Shown here piece after piece: positions 1 to 10,541 of a stretch of DNA of 64,000 nucleotides. Position 1 is the stretch's first letter. Every line of letters starts with the position of its first letter. Both the position numbers and the translations under genes were made by a program. The DNA is from Candidatus Poribacteria bacterium (lineage in GTDB: Bacteria; Poribacteria; WGA-4E; WGA-3G), in contig OZ242029.1 of assembly GCA_965205015.1 (NCBI GenBank), forward strand, positions 4,864,001-4,928,000, given 5' to 3'. Under the pieces are notes generated by a model that was given only the letters and a program-made list of their open reading frames with translations, ran no database searches and was not told the origin of the DNA.

Positions 1-2899
1 CTTTGAGCGTAACAGGAACGAAATGTTGGTAATCTTCACCGCGTGCGCCTTTAAGTTTTTCATGGACCAAAACACCGTTGAGCCACGCTTTACCGCCACC
101 ATCATTCCCAGCAAACAGCGTTACCTCTTGTTCTCGCGGTGAATACAGGACGACACATCCATAGATAACGCCGGGCACAAAAGGACCTGCTAACACCTCC
201 TCTGTTAACACCTCCGCAATATTATTCCGCCCCGTAGTCGGTATTTTGTCGGAATACCAGATGTTATCCCCAACAGGGTTACCTTCGATTGCGCCGTTGG
301 TTGAAACCTTTACTTCTGTCACCGCGCCACCACTCACCTCCGCAAGAAGATCCCTTGCGAGCTGATCATCTGTACCGCCTTTAACATCTGTCTCTGGCAC
401 CAGCACCCATAACCAGGGTCCCTCTATTTTAGGTCCACCTTGAGGGAAAGCGGGATTGGTGTGATTAATGATCGTTACATCCTCACTGAATCCCTCTAAA
501 GGCGAAAAGTCGGATATCATATTTCCACCAACGTGTAGCCATGTCAAGTTCTTTAACTTTGCCACGGGTGATACATCCACTATTTTGTTCTCTGAGAGTT
601 CTAACCATTTCAGATTCGTTAACTTTGCTAAGGGTGATATATCCGATACGGGGTTGCCTGCAACGCGTAAGCGTGTTAATCCCGTCAATTTCGCCACAGG
701 GGAGACATCCGACACCCCGCCTCCGAGAAGATAGAGTTCTTTCAAATTTTTCGCGCCCGCCAAGGTGGATACATCCGGCTCCCCCCCACAAATATCTATG
801 ACCTCAAGTTCTATGAGTGGCGATAGGTCGGACACGGGATTTCCCCAAGAATCAAACCTGTTCAGATTGGGCAATCCCGCCAGAGGTGAGAGATCCGATA
901 TGTTGTTATGACTTACCTTTACGTGTCTAAGATTTTTTAGTCCCGCCAGCGCGGATAAGTCACTTATCTCATTGCCACTGATATCCAAAAGATCCAGTTT
1001 CGGTAATCCCGCTATAGGGGATATGTCGGATATTTGGTTTCCCTGAATTTTTAACCATTCCAAATTTGTTGCAAACTCAAGCCCCGTCAAATCGCGGATG
1101 CCCATTTCTTCAGGAAAAATCCGATGTAACCTCGTCATATCTTCCACTGTAATTGGGGTGTTTGGTGTTTTTCCGAGTTTTTCTTCAATGAACGCACGTA
1201 AATTCGGGTCGGGGAGGTAGACAGATGCCCCAGGGATGCGTTCCGTCTGCGGGTCGACGGAAATCGCCACATCCGGGAAATCCAACGCAAACACGATTTC
1301 ACTAAACTTCGATGTCCATGTATCTCTTTTCATCGTACCATTTTCTAAGACTAACACCCCTAAGCTTTTCAAATTCGCGGAGGCACGAATCTTTTGGAGA
1401 AACGCCTCGGTCTCCAACCCAACGGCGGCAGCGGCATACGCCGCATCGACCGGTCTTTGAAACGCCTCGTGGAATCGATGAACGGGTTCAATCCCACCAA
1501 ACACATCGCCGGTCGCTTTAAGTGCTTGTTTATAGCGATCAGTATCCTCCGCCACGAGTCCCGCCATCGTGGCTTTGTCTGTATAGAGTTGCAACGCTCG
1601 GTCTTTGTTAAATGGGGGGTTTGGGTTCTTCTCAACAACAGTACGCACCTCATCTTCAAACAGCTTCATTCCTTCGGTATGGCAACCGATGCACGAGAGG
1701 CCATTGCGCACAGTCGGATCGCTCGCAGCAAGGTTGCGAACAATCTTTATGGGTGCCGCATCAAGTCGTCTACCACCGGCATCTGCAAGATAGTATGCCT
1801 GCAAACCATTGGGCAGGTTGAAGATAATCTCGCCACCATCATGGGCGAAAGAGAGTGGATGCGTAAAGATGTTCTGGGTGCCGACACTCCCCGCAAAGTC
1901 GTAACTCTTCCAATACGCACCATACCGAGAGATGTGGCGTTCCACAACGCGGTTGTGATTCGATACACCTGAATCGCTGAAACCCGCACGCCAGACGCGC
2001 TTTCCCGCTGCATTCCGAAGATTTTCAACAACATTTACCTCAAGTCGTTCCTCTAATTCTCGATCGGTTTCAGGGAGCCCCAAAATGTCGTGGTAGAGGG
2101 GCGGCAGTGAAGCATTGGCAAGAAACCAATCGGCATGGATGAACGGCACTTCACAATCCATCTCTTCGCGCAAACTCGTTAGTTTTTCATGTAGATTTGT
2201 CTGGGTCGGGGCATTGAACGCAATGCTATACGGATACACCTGTTCAATCTGTGTCCATCTATTGGTCCCGATCTCCCATTCGTAGTCTCGGAGGTCAATA
2301 TAGAAAATTGTTTCTTCCGGATCAATGGGTTGTGGTTTGATGACCTCGCGTCCCCAAGAGAGGCTATTCACGAGTTTCGAGAGGGCCCGTTGATAGGCGT
2401 GAAGTGCCTCCGCGCTCTCATCTGCATTATAGAGATGCGTCAGCGTGAAATAGCGTGCGAAGGTGCGATTAAACGGTGCCAGCGAGTTGATATGCTTCTC
2501 AATCGTCTCCAGCATTTCTTTGGGTGTAATAAAGTCAGTATCTCGTTCTGGTGTCTGCCAATCCGGTGCGCCTGCTTGAATCCAATTACCAATTGTCAGA
2601 ATCGCGACGGGAGGGAGTTGGGGTTGCCCCAACGGCATCCGTTTCGTTGGATCGTTTACAAGCAACCGCTTATAGAGTTCGGAGTCAATCGGTTTCCCCG
2701 GAACCACTGCGCCAGTTTCTATGAGTGCTGTGTACTCGATAATGATTTCCTCTGTAAATGCGCCGTGTTCCCCATGACAGTTGAGACAACTTTGCTCAAA
2801 AATCGCATACGCCTGCTGGGCGAGATTCTGCTGTGCATCCGCGGTTTGATATCCGAAGATAACCGTGAATATAAGACTAATTTTGATGAAATTCTTCAT
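1..2899 (-). CDS. Secreted di-heme cytochrome c-domain / LRR protein (partial, runs off window start); paralog of 6249..10469
   Basis: Absent from the ORF track because it has no stop in the window. Manual translation from ATG 2899 gives MKNFIKISLIFTVIFGYQTADAQQNLAQQAYAIFEQSCLNCHGEHG..., near-identical to the 1406-aa protein, with both CxxCH motifs, then LRRs and the GPKIEGPWLWVL module. Still in frame at base 2 (...DYQHFVPVTLK). Confidence 0.9.
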   Translation of the reverse strand, partial: MKNFIKISLIFTVIFGYQTADAQQNLAQQAYAIFEQSCLNCHGEHGAFTEEIIIEYTALIETGAVVPGKPIDSELYKRLLVNDPTKRMPLGQPQLPPVAILTIGNWIQAGAPDWQTPERDTDFITPKEMLETIEKHINSLAPFNRTFARYFTLTHLYNADESAEALHAYQRALSKLVNSLSWGREVIKPQPIDPEETIFYIDLRDYEWEIGTNRWTQIEQVYPYSIAFNAPTQTNLHEKLTSLREEMDCEVPFIHADWFLANASLPPLYHDILGLPETDRELEERLEVNVVENLRNAAGKRVWRAGFSDSGVSNHNRVVERHISRYGAYWKSYDFAGSVGTQNIFTHPLSFAHDGGEIIFNLPNGLQAYYLADAGGRRLDAAPIKIVRNLAASDPTVRNGLSCIGCHTEGMKLFEDEVRTVVEKNPNPPFNKDRALQLYTDKATMAGLVAEDTDRYKQALKATGDVFGGIEPVHRFHEAFQRPVDAAYAAAAVGLETEAFLQKIRASANLKSLGVLVLENGTMKRDTWTSKFSEIVFALDFPDVAISVDPQTERIPGASVYLPDPNLRAFIEEKLGKTPNTPITVEDMTRLHRIFPEEMGIRDLTGLEFATNLEWLKIQGNQISDISPIAGLPKLDLLDISGNEISDLSALAGLKNLRHVKVSHNNISDLSPLAGLPNLNRFDSWGNPVSDLSPLIELEVIDICGGEPDVSTLAGAKNLKELYLLGGGVSDVSPVAKLTGLTRLRVAGNPVSDISPLAKLTNLKWLELSENKIVDVSPVAKLKNLTWLHVGGNMISDFSPLEGFSEDVTIINHTNPAFPQGGPKIEGPWLWVLVPETDVKGGTDDQLARDLLAEVSGGAVTEVKVSTNGAIEGNPVGDNIWYSDKIPTTGRNNIAEVLTEEVLAGPFVPGVIYGCVVLYSPREQEVTLFAGNDGGGKAWLNGVLVHEKLKGARGEDYQHFVPVTLK

Positions 2900-3055
2900 G
2901 TATCTCTTTTTCCCTTCTTGAAAGAGTGAGCTGGACTCGCGATGCCTTTTGGCTGTCGTTGGACTGTCCAGTTTAAAATTCGGGTTGTTCGTAGTGGTGC
3001 AATTCACGCACCTGGGTGGAAGCGCTAAACCACTTACACGAACCCTACGGACGCC

Positions 3056-3457
3056 TTAATCCGTCAAGACCTTCCAAAGCCAGAGTGCTGCTCCGAGCGA
3101 TACGCCCCAGCCTATTGCTGACCTCTCTATCCGTTGGTTCTTGATGGAGCGTTTGTATTCATCAGTATAGGTGTGAACGTATGTAGCGGACTTGCCTAAC
3201 AGTTGATGACTTGGAACTGTCGGATTATTTACGCTTGCCTAGACGATAGCAAACATCCAGCACCCTGCACCATAAGCGAACCAACGCAAGCCTGCGTCGT
3301 GCCACGCATCGCGTCTGGCATCTTCTTGCGCGTGTTGGATGAGTTGGGCGATCGGATCGTGTGGCTCTGTCATCGCTTCTACTGGGGGTATGAGCATATG
3401 GACGCTGATCAGTATAAGGATTATCATTATTGTGATGCATTTGAAAATGAGGTTCAT
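3056..3457 (-). pseudogene. Small secreted/membrane protein interrupted by an in-frame TAG at 3239-3241
   Basis: AAGGAG RBS, then ATG 3457 (MNLIFKCITIMIILIL..., signal-like). The frame continues past the TAG as ASVNNPTVPSHQLLGKSATYVHTYTDEYKRSIKNQRIERSAIGWGVSLGAALWLWKVLTD to TAA 3056. Confidence 0.65.
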
Positions 3458-3712
3458 AGGTTCTCCTTCATACCGAAAAAAAATCGGGTATGTTCCGTTT
3501 ACGATTTCTCTATTTTCACCCAAGTTGCCAGTTGTAGCATAACCTGTTAGGGTGTGCATCTTAAGCACGCAGACTCACAGTCTACGCTACGAAATACCTC
3601 CGAATCATGAAACCATTTCAATGAAAACGGGGACTGTATCCCTAAAATCTTATGAGTAGCAACTTGGGTTATTTTCAACGAAGCCTGGTGCTTTAAGTCA
3701 AAGGAGTTGTGC

Positions 3713-5962
3713 TCAAAATGCATTTGCGACAACGACTAAGTCCAACACATTAACCGTCCCATCGCCGTTAACATCCGGAGCGTCTTTGCCGAAAGCGTTT
3801 GCGATAATGACTAAATCCAAGATATTGACGATACCATCCCTGTTGAGGTCAGCAACATTGCCAAGGCTTTTCAAGTATATCTCACCGTCTAAATCTGGGA
3901 TTGTGTGAGAATGCCCTTCGATCCCACTTGAAACGCCTATTGTGTTTTCTGATAATTGAATTTGTTGTGCTTTTCCGCTACGGTTATAGACCGCCCAGCC
4001 GTTGGTGAACTCACGAATAAATAAACCTTCTCGGTTGTCGTAAAGCTGCGCTTTTGCTTCCGTGCCGCCGACGGGACGACCAAGCGGGGCATCATAGAAA
4101 TCATACCAATAGTGTTCACTATGTGACCCGCCAAGATAGACCGCACCTGTATTGTAAAGCACATAACCGTCCGAATGCGTGAGCGTGAGTGTCGTAAATA
4201 CGCGCATCCATTTTTGATTCTTTGGGCTATTTGGATGCTCTGTTCCGAGTCCGAAGCCCTCCACACCATTGACATGCGGAGGTCGTAAGTTTGCTTCGTT
4301 CCATAACAGGGCATTTTCCAGCCTCAAAAGGTCCGCGTAATTATAGTATCTACCAGGCTCTCTGACAAACTCTATTTGAGACCCGTTTATAAGTTCCGAA
4401 AGGCTTTCCATTTTTGAAACACCCGCGTTGACGATAATTATGAAATCGTCCGGTGCTTGGGCACGGATTTCACTGAAAATGCGTATAATGGCTGCCTCAA
4501 TTTCTTCAGAAGACGCTTTGAGCCGCTCCTCACGATTATCTATTGAGACAACATGACCCGGACCGCCACCGAAGTTATCAATCATGATACCATCAAAAAG
4601 ACCACAGGATACTATAGCAAGCCCTTGTCTTATCAGAATTTCTTGAACTTCAAGATCCAGGAAGTTAATATAAAGATTGCTGCCGCTACCATATGGGATC
4701 CGATTCCCGTCACTGTCTGTCATCCAATACTTGGGTTCATCTGGAAAGAGATCGCTTGGCTTCGAGGCAAAGAAACCCCACCGATATAAAGACACAAAAT
4801 TGGAGTTACGCCCATGATAATACTTGTGACGCTCCTGCGGCACGCCTTCACCCAATATTATATATGCTCCGAGAGTACTCCGTTCAAAATGTAGTCTGCT
4901 CGTATTTCCGTACTGGATAGCTCCTCCAAGAAGGAGATCGTGGGACGGCACCAATTCGGGATCTGTATAACGGTCCCATAGTGGTATCCCTTCAATCCAG
5001 ATCGGATTTTGGTTTTGATAAACTGAAGGAAAAGATCGTGTTGATATTCGTTCCTCAACAGGGATTATAGAGAATTCAACAGACTCACACAAGGCATCGT
5101 ATCTGAATTCTATTAGATTCAAATTAAGGAATGGTGTAATATCTTCTACCAAAATGTTTTCGATATTGAGATACTTCAAGGCAGGTAAGCTCAGTAATGG
5201 ACTAAAGTCTCGAATAGGGTTGTCTTGAAGCCTGACTTCCACAAGATTCGACAGATTTTCTAAGGCGGATATATCTATGATCTTATTATCGTTAAGACTG
5301 AGCTCCACTAATTCAGTAAAATTTCCCAGTGGCGTTATATCACTAATGTGATTCCTACCTAAATGCAATACTTTTAAGTTGGTAAGTCTTTCAAGCGGTG
5401 ATATATCGGAGATACGATTTACACTCAAGGCGAGTTGCTCAAGTTCAACCAAATTTGCTAATGAAAGTAGATTACTGATCTGGTTTTCGCCAGATTGTAA
5501 ATGCAATACTTTTAAGTTGATAAGTCTTTCAAGGGGGGATATATCGGAAATACGATTCGCACTCAGGTAGAGATTTTCCAAGTTTGTCAGGTTCGCAAGT
5601 GGCGTTATATCTGAGATTCGATTGTTGTGGAGAGATAAACTCGTCAGATTTACCAAATTTGCTAAAGGCTGTAAGTCTTGGATTTGGTTGCGATCCGCAT
5701 TAAACTTTTCTAAAAAAACTGCGTGCTCTAATCCCGTTAGATTATTAACTTTGCTATCACCCGGGACGCTAAGACGTGTTAATAATCTCAAATGTTCTTT
5801 TTTCAGTGGTGTATTATCTGGTAAACCTATCTCTGATCGGAGTGTTTCCCTGATTGCCAGTCGTAAATTCGGATCGGGGAGCCAGTCTTCTGCCAAAAGA
5901 GGACGGGTTACAAGTGGAACACCGAGCAAAACAAAAGCTAAAAGATAGTTTTTTATTTTCAT
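3713..5962 (-). CDS. Secreted LRR protein with putative glycoside-hydrolase-like TIM-barrel domain and C-terminal dockerin-like domain
   Basis: Start moved to MKIKNYLLAFVLLG (signal peptide, GGAG RBS). Internalin-like LRRs (ISDISPLxxLxNL), a GLFDGIMID motif, an LFIREFTNGWAVYNRSG module, and ADLNRDGIVNILDLV / PDVNGDGTVNVLDLV dockerin repeats. Confidence 0.85.
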   Translation of the reverse strand: MKIKNYLLAFVLLGVPLVTRPLLAEDWLPDPNLRLAIRETLRSEIGLPDNTPLKKEHLRLLTRLSVPGDSKVNNLTGLEHAVFLEKFNADRNQIQDLQPLANLVNLTSLSLHNNRISDITPLANLTNLENLYLSANRISDISPLERLINLKVLHLQSGENQISNLLSLANLVELEQLALSVNRISDISPLERLTNLKVLHLGRNHISDITPLGNFTELVELSLNDNKIIDISALENLSNLVEVRLQDNPIRDFSPLLSLPALKYLNIENILVEDITPFLNLNLIEFRYDALCESVEFSIIPVEERISTRSFPSVYQNQNPIWIEGIPLWDRYTDPELVPSHDLLLGGAIQYGNTSRLHFERSTLGAYIILGEGVPQERHKYYHGRNSNFVSLYRWGFFASKPSDLFPDEPKYWMTDSDGNRIPYGSGSNLYINFLDLEVQEILIRQGLAIVSCGLFDGIMIDNFGGGPGHVVSIDNREERLKASSEEIEAAIIRIFSEIRAQAPDDFIIIVNAGVSKMESLSELINGSQIEFVREPGRYYNYADLLRLENALLWNEANLRPPHVNGVEGFGLGTEHPNSPKNQKWMRVFTTLTLTHSDGYVLYNTGAVYLGGSHSEHYWYDFYDAPLGRPVGGTEAKAQLYDNREGLFIREFTNGWAVYNRSGKAQQIQLSENTIGVSSGIEGHSHTIPDLDGEIYLKSLGNVADLNRDGIVNILDLVIIANAFGKDAPDVNGDGTVNVLDLVVVANAF

Positions 5963-6248
5963 ACGGATCTCTCCATTTTTGATTAACGGGTTTGCTACCA
6001 AACCATGACATCCATTGACGGTGTGCGTCCATGGGGGAATCGACTTGAAAACCTTGAGGTCTCCCGATGTGATCACGTCTGGGGCGGTGGGATGACCTAC
6101 GTCCGCCTCACAGGGCACTTCGTCTATGTTTTTCTGCTTATAGAAAACGGTAGATGTGATCCTCCGCAAGCCGAAGAAAGTGCTATGTCTAAGAGGGTCC
6201 ACATCAACCCTTTAGTTAGCTTATGGTCAAGCCTATGGTCATTTGATA

Positions 6249-9200
6249 CTATTTCAAAATCAGCATCTTCCGCGTGGCAGAGAAATCCCCAGCTGTGAGT
6301 GTATAGAAATAAACACCACTCGAAACTTTTTCACCGACAGCGTTACAACCGTCCCAATACGCCGCACGACCTCGCGTCTGATACATTCCGGCAGGTTGAT
6401 ACCCTAACGTTATGGTTCGCACGACTTCACCCGCCGCAGAATATATTGTCAGTGTCACCTCACTTGGGTTCGCCAAGTGATACGGTATCCACGTCTCCGG
6501 ATTGAATGGGTTGGGATAGTTCGCAAGCAGCATTGTCTCTTTTGGAATCAGTGATAGCAGCAGTTCTTGAAGTTTTGCGATCCCCTGTCGGAAGGCGATA
6601 GAGCCGTCATCTTCCATTTGTGCACGTTCTATCCATGTCCGTATTATCGCAGGATCCAATCCGTCTATGTCATCCACAGATAACATCGAAGGGGCGGCTA
6701 ACCCGTTTGATCCACCCATATTCTGAGAAACAAGAATGAGATCTAAGATATTCACAATTCCATCGCCATTCACGTCTACTTCAGCGTTCGCAGGTGCAGT
6801 TTCGCCCAAGTGTCGGGCAATAAGGATCATATCAAGAATGCTGACCTGACCATCGCGATTCACATCTCCAATAGTGAGTTGACCTTCTATCGTGATGACA
6901 ATCTCATAAGATTCTGCGGCGATGTGCTCACCTGTAATAGATCCCATTTGGAGGTTATGCAGTCTCAATTTAGCTTCCCCACTCGTTTTCGCTGAGAACG
7001 TCACCGACACGAGGGTCCCTGTTCCTGAGACACCCTTTCCACTAAGGTCCAATGCGTTAATACCTTTGATTTTGCCCGCGGCATTATCAATCGTCCCTTT
7101 CTGAAAGAGGGTGCTGTCGCCCGCCGACTTCAGGAAAGGACCTTCGTTGACTTCAACGGTCTCAAGCACTGCGGCATCAAACAAAATATCAAATTGCCAC
7201 CCTGCTAAATCACTTACATTCTCCGCGTTTAAGTTGACGGTGAAGGTATCACCGATATGAATTGGCGTATCGGGAAAACCATATCCAATACCGGAGTCCG
7301 ACACTATATATTCCGTACCGGTTTCAAATCCAAAAAAACCGTTAGCATGGGAATGGAAAGCGACCAACAAGACATTTTTCCCCGATTGAAGCGTGACTGG
7401 GTAAAAATCCGTGTAATCATTGCCTATCCTGTCGTAATGACCGTGCTGATGAATCAGGGTACCGTTGAACCAGACTTTTAGTTCCTGGCGACTGCCGACA
7501 CCCAGCATTGTTTGTTGTTCGCGTGGCGAATATAGAGACACAACACCATAGATGGTTCCATCTGGAGTGGAGCGTTTTAGCATATCTTCAATACGCCCCG
7601 TATTTGGGAGTTCGTGGGATGTCCAGACGCTACTGCCGATAGACTGTCCCGCTATTGCCCCACGGACGGCAATCTCTGCCTCTGTTACGCTTCCATCACT
7701 CGCCTCCGACAGTAAATCCGACCCACTCTCCAGATCAGCATCTGGCAATAGGACCCATAACCAGGGTCCTGCTATCTTCGGTCCGCCTTTCGGGAACCCT
7801 GGATTGTCGTGCCAAATGAGCGTTATGTTCTGGCGTATCCCATCCAAAGGCGAAAAGTCGGATATATTATTGTTGTTAAGCCTCAGGTAGTCCAAGTGTG
7901 TCAACCCGGCGAGTGGCGATATGTCGGATACATTGTTGCTTCTGAGATCAAGCGTATTTACGTTGGTTAGCTCAGCGAGTGGCGATATATCGGATATCCC
8001 GTTAGCAGCAAGGAGCAGATTCCTCAAATTTGTCAAACCCACCAAAGGCTTAAGATCGGATATAGTTCCACCACAAATGTCTAACTTCTCCAGTTTTGTT
8101 AATCCTGCCAAAGGGGACAAATCGGATATGGGGTTGCCCCAAAACCAAATCCGTCTCAGATTGGTTAATCCTGCCAGGGGTGAAAGGTCGGATATATTCC
8201 CATGCTTAGTGTCTATCACGATCCCGGTTTCCGTTTCGATTTTGCTGATTGCCTCAAATATACCGCCTTGGTTCGCAGCTACATCCTCCAGGCTGTTTAA
8301 TCCGCTGAGTGGCGACAGGTCGGAGACTTGTGTACGATGAAACCAGAACACCTTGAGATTTTTCAGTCCTTTCAAGGGCGATAAATCGGATATGAGAGGC
8401 GTAGAAGCCCCTAACTCGTTGAGATTGATTAATCCTGCAAGCGGTGATAGATTCGATACATGCGTGTTATCAATTACCAATAGCGTGAGATTTATTAGCT
8501 GCTTCAGGGGCGATAAATCAGATACAGGGTTGCCCGTGAGCCAGAGTGTGTGTAATCCGGTTAAACCCGCTATCGGTGAGAGGTCGGAGATCTGATTACC
8601 GTTGAGAGATAAGCGGCTCAGATTGATTGCTGACTGAAGTCCAGTCAAATCTTGGATGCCCTTGTCACGCGCCACAAGTCTGCCCAATCCTTCCATCTCC
8701 TCGATTGTAATTTGGGCGTTTGGTGCCTTTCCGAGTGCCTCCGCAATTGCCGTACGCAGATTCGGATCGGGCATATGAACAGATTCGCCCGGAATACGTT
8801 CCGTTTGCGGATCAACTGGTGTCACAGCACTTTTTGCTGGGAAATCCAGAGCGAAAACGACTTCACTAAACTGACTTGTCCATGTGTCCCGTTTCATCGT
8901 GTCGTTCTCTAACACCAATAAGCCTAAGTTCTGCAACCCCGCATTCTCACGTATCTTTTGGAGAAACACCTCGGTTTCCAAACCGACCGCTGCAGCAGCA
9001 TGCGCCGCATCAAGCGGTCTCTGAAATGCTTCGTGGAACCGTTGAACGGGTTCAATCCCACCAAATACACCGCCTGTCGCTTCAAGTGCCTGTCGATACC
9101 GAGCGGTATCTTCGCCCACCAAACGATCCATAGTGGCTTTATCAGTATAGAGCTGTAATGCTCTTTCCTTGTTAAAAGGCGGATTCGCGTTCCGTTGAAT

Positions 9201-10469
9201 AACAGCCCGAACTGTATCTTGAAAATCTTTCATCCCCTCGGTGTGGCATCCGATACAGGAGAGTCCGTTACGGACGGTTGGATCGCTCGCAGCCGGATTG
9301 GAAACGATGTCTATCGGTGCCTCATCAAGTCGCCTACCGCCGGCATCCACGAGGTAGTATGCCTGCAATCCATTCGGTAAATTGAAGATAATTTCACCCC
9401 CATCCTGCGTGAAGGAGAGCGGATGCGTAAAGATATTCTGTGTCCCGACACTCCCCGCAAAGTCGTAACTTTTCCAATACGCTCCGTATCGAGAGTCGTG
9501 CCGTTCAACAACACGGTTATGATTGGACACACCGGAATCATTGAAACCCGCACGCCAGACGCGCTTTCCTGGGGCATTCCGAATATTTTCAACGACATTT
9601 ACTTCTAATCGAGTTTCGAGTTCACGATCCGTCTCGGGGAGTCCCAGAATATCATGGTAGAGCGGGGGTAAAGAGGCTGTTGCGATGAACCAATCGACAT
9701 GAACGAACGGCACTTCGCACTCCATTGTTTCCCGCAGGTCTGTCAGTTTTTCGCGAAGTGCTGTCTGTGTTGGCGCGTTGAATTCGATCTCATAAGGATA
9801 CTCCGCCTCAATCAACGTCCATCGATTGGTTCCGATCTCCCATTCGTAGTCGCGCAGATCAATATAGAAGATCGTTTCTTCTGAATCAATGGGTTGTGGA
9901 ATTTTAATAGTACGCCCCCAAGAGAGACTGTTCACGAGTTTTGAGAGTGCGCGTTGATAGGCGTGGAGTGCTTCCGTCGTCTCACCACCGTTATAGAGAT
10001 GCGTCATCGTAAAATAACGTGCGAAGGCACGGTCAAAGGAGGACAGTGAGTTGACGTGCTTTTCAATCGTCTCAAGCATTTTTTTCGGTGTAATAAAGTC
10101 GGTGTCTCGTTCCGGTGTCTGCCAATCCGGTGCGCCTGCTTGAATCCAATTACCAATCGTCAGAATCGCAGCGGGAGGGAGTTGGGGTTGTCCCAGCGGC
10201 ATCCGTTTCGCCGGATCGTTTACAAGCAACCGCTTATAGAGTTCGGAGTCAATCGGTTTCCCCGGAACAACTGCGCCAGTCTCTATGAGTGCTGTGTGAT
10301 CAATGATGATTTCTTCAGTAAACGCGCCGTGTTCTCCATGGCAGTTGAGGCAACTTTGCTCAAAAATCGCATACGCCTGCTGGGCGAGGTTCTGTTGTGC
10401 ATTAGCACTTCCGAACCCTAACGCCATGAAAGTTAAAGTGATAAGTAAAAGATTTTTTGCTGTTTTCAT
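6249..10469 (-). CDS. Secreted multidomain protein: cytochrome c (2x CxxCH) + LRR + cohesin + dockerin + FlgD-Ig/T9SS-like C-terminal tail
   Basis: 1406 aa. Signal peptide; CLNCH (planctomycete cytochrome c-like) and CIGCH; ~12 LRRs; LAGWQFDI cohesin-like region; GDVNRDGQVSILD dockerin; ANYPNPFNPETWIPY...RKMLILK tail. Confidence 0.9.
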   Translation of the reverse strand: MKTAKNLLLITLTFMALGFGSANAQQNLAQQAYAIFEQSCLNCHGEHGAFTEEIIIDHTALIETGAVVPGKPIDSELYKRLLVNDPAKRMPLGQPQLPPAAILTIGNWIQAGAPDWQTPERDTDFITPKKMLETIEKHVNSLSSFDRAFARYFTMTHLYNGGETTEALHAYQRALSKLVNSLSWGRTIKIPQPIDSEETIFYIDLRDYEWEIGTNRWTLIEAEYPYEIEFNAPTQTALREKLTDLRETMECEVPFVHVDWFIATASLPPLYHDILGLPETDRELETRLEVNVVENIRNAPGKRVWRAGFNDSGVSNHNRVVERHDSRYGAYWKSYDFAGSVGTQNIFTHPLSFTQDGGEIIFNLPNGLQAYYLVDAGGRRLDEAPIDIVSNPAASDPTVRNGLSCIGCHTEGMKDFQDTVRAVIQRNANPPFNKERALQLYTDKATMDRLVGEDTARYRQALEATGGVFGGIEPVQRFHEAFQRPLDAAHAAAAVGLETEVFLQKIRENAGLQNLGLLVLENDTMKRDTWTSQFSEVVFALDFPAKSAVTPVDPQTERIPGESVHMPDPNLRTAIAEALGKAPNAQITIEEMEGLGRLVARDKGIQDLTGLQSAINLSRLSLNGNQISDLSPIAGLTGLHTLWLTGNPVSDLSPLKQLINLTLLVIDNTHVSNLSPLAGLINLNELGASTPLISDLSPLKGLKNLKVFWFHRTQVSDLSPLSGLNSLEDVAANQGGIFEAISKIETETGIVIDTKHGNISDLSPLAGLTNLRRIWFWGNPISDLSPLAGLTKLEKLDICGGTISDLKPLVGLTNLRNLLLAANGISDISPLAELTNVNTLDLRSNNVSDISPLAGLTHLDYLRLNNNNISDFSPLDGIRQNITLIWHDNPGFPKGGPKIAGPWLWVLLPDADLESGSDLLSEASDGSVTEAEIAVRGAIAGQSIGSSVWTSHELPNTGRIEDMLKRSTPDGTIYGVVSLYSPREQQTMLGVGSRQELKVWFNGTLIHQHGHYDRIGNDYTDFYPVTLQSGKNVLLVAFHSHANGFFGFETGTEYIVSDSGIGYGFPDTPIHIGDTFTVNLNAENVSDLAGWQFDILFDAAVLETVEVNEGPFLKSAGDSTLFQKGTIDNAAGKIKGINALDLSGKGVSGTGTLVSVTFSAKTSGEAKLRLHNLQMGSITGEHIAAESYEIVITIEGQLTIGDVNRDGQVSILDMILIARHLGETAPANAEVDVNGDGIVNILDLILVSQNMGGSNGLAAPSMLSVDDIDGLDPAIIRTWIERAQMEDDGSIAFRQGIAKLQELLLSLIPKETMLLANYPNPFNPETWIPYHLANPSEVTLTIYSAAGEVVRTITLGYQPAGMYQTRGRAAYWDGCNAVGEKVSSGVYFYTLTAGDFSATRKMLILK

Positions 10470-10541
10470 AGTGTATTCTCCGGCTTAAAAGTATTACGAA
10501 TTGATAACACTATCGCCGTTGAGATCGGCAGATGGGTCTAT

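Noticed and set aside
1394-2929. Plus-strand ORFs of 192 and 199 aa
   Set aside because: Antisense shadows of the minus-strand cytochrome c/LRR gene; the equivalent shadows over the paralog at 8958-10421 are broken by stops.
5963-6202. 80-aa N-terminal extension of the 829-aa ORF
   Set aside because: A signal peptide and GGAG RBS point to ATG 5962 as the real start.
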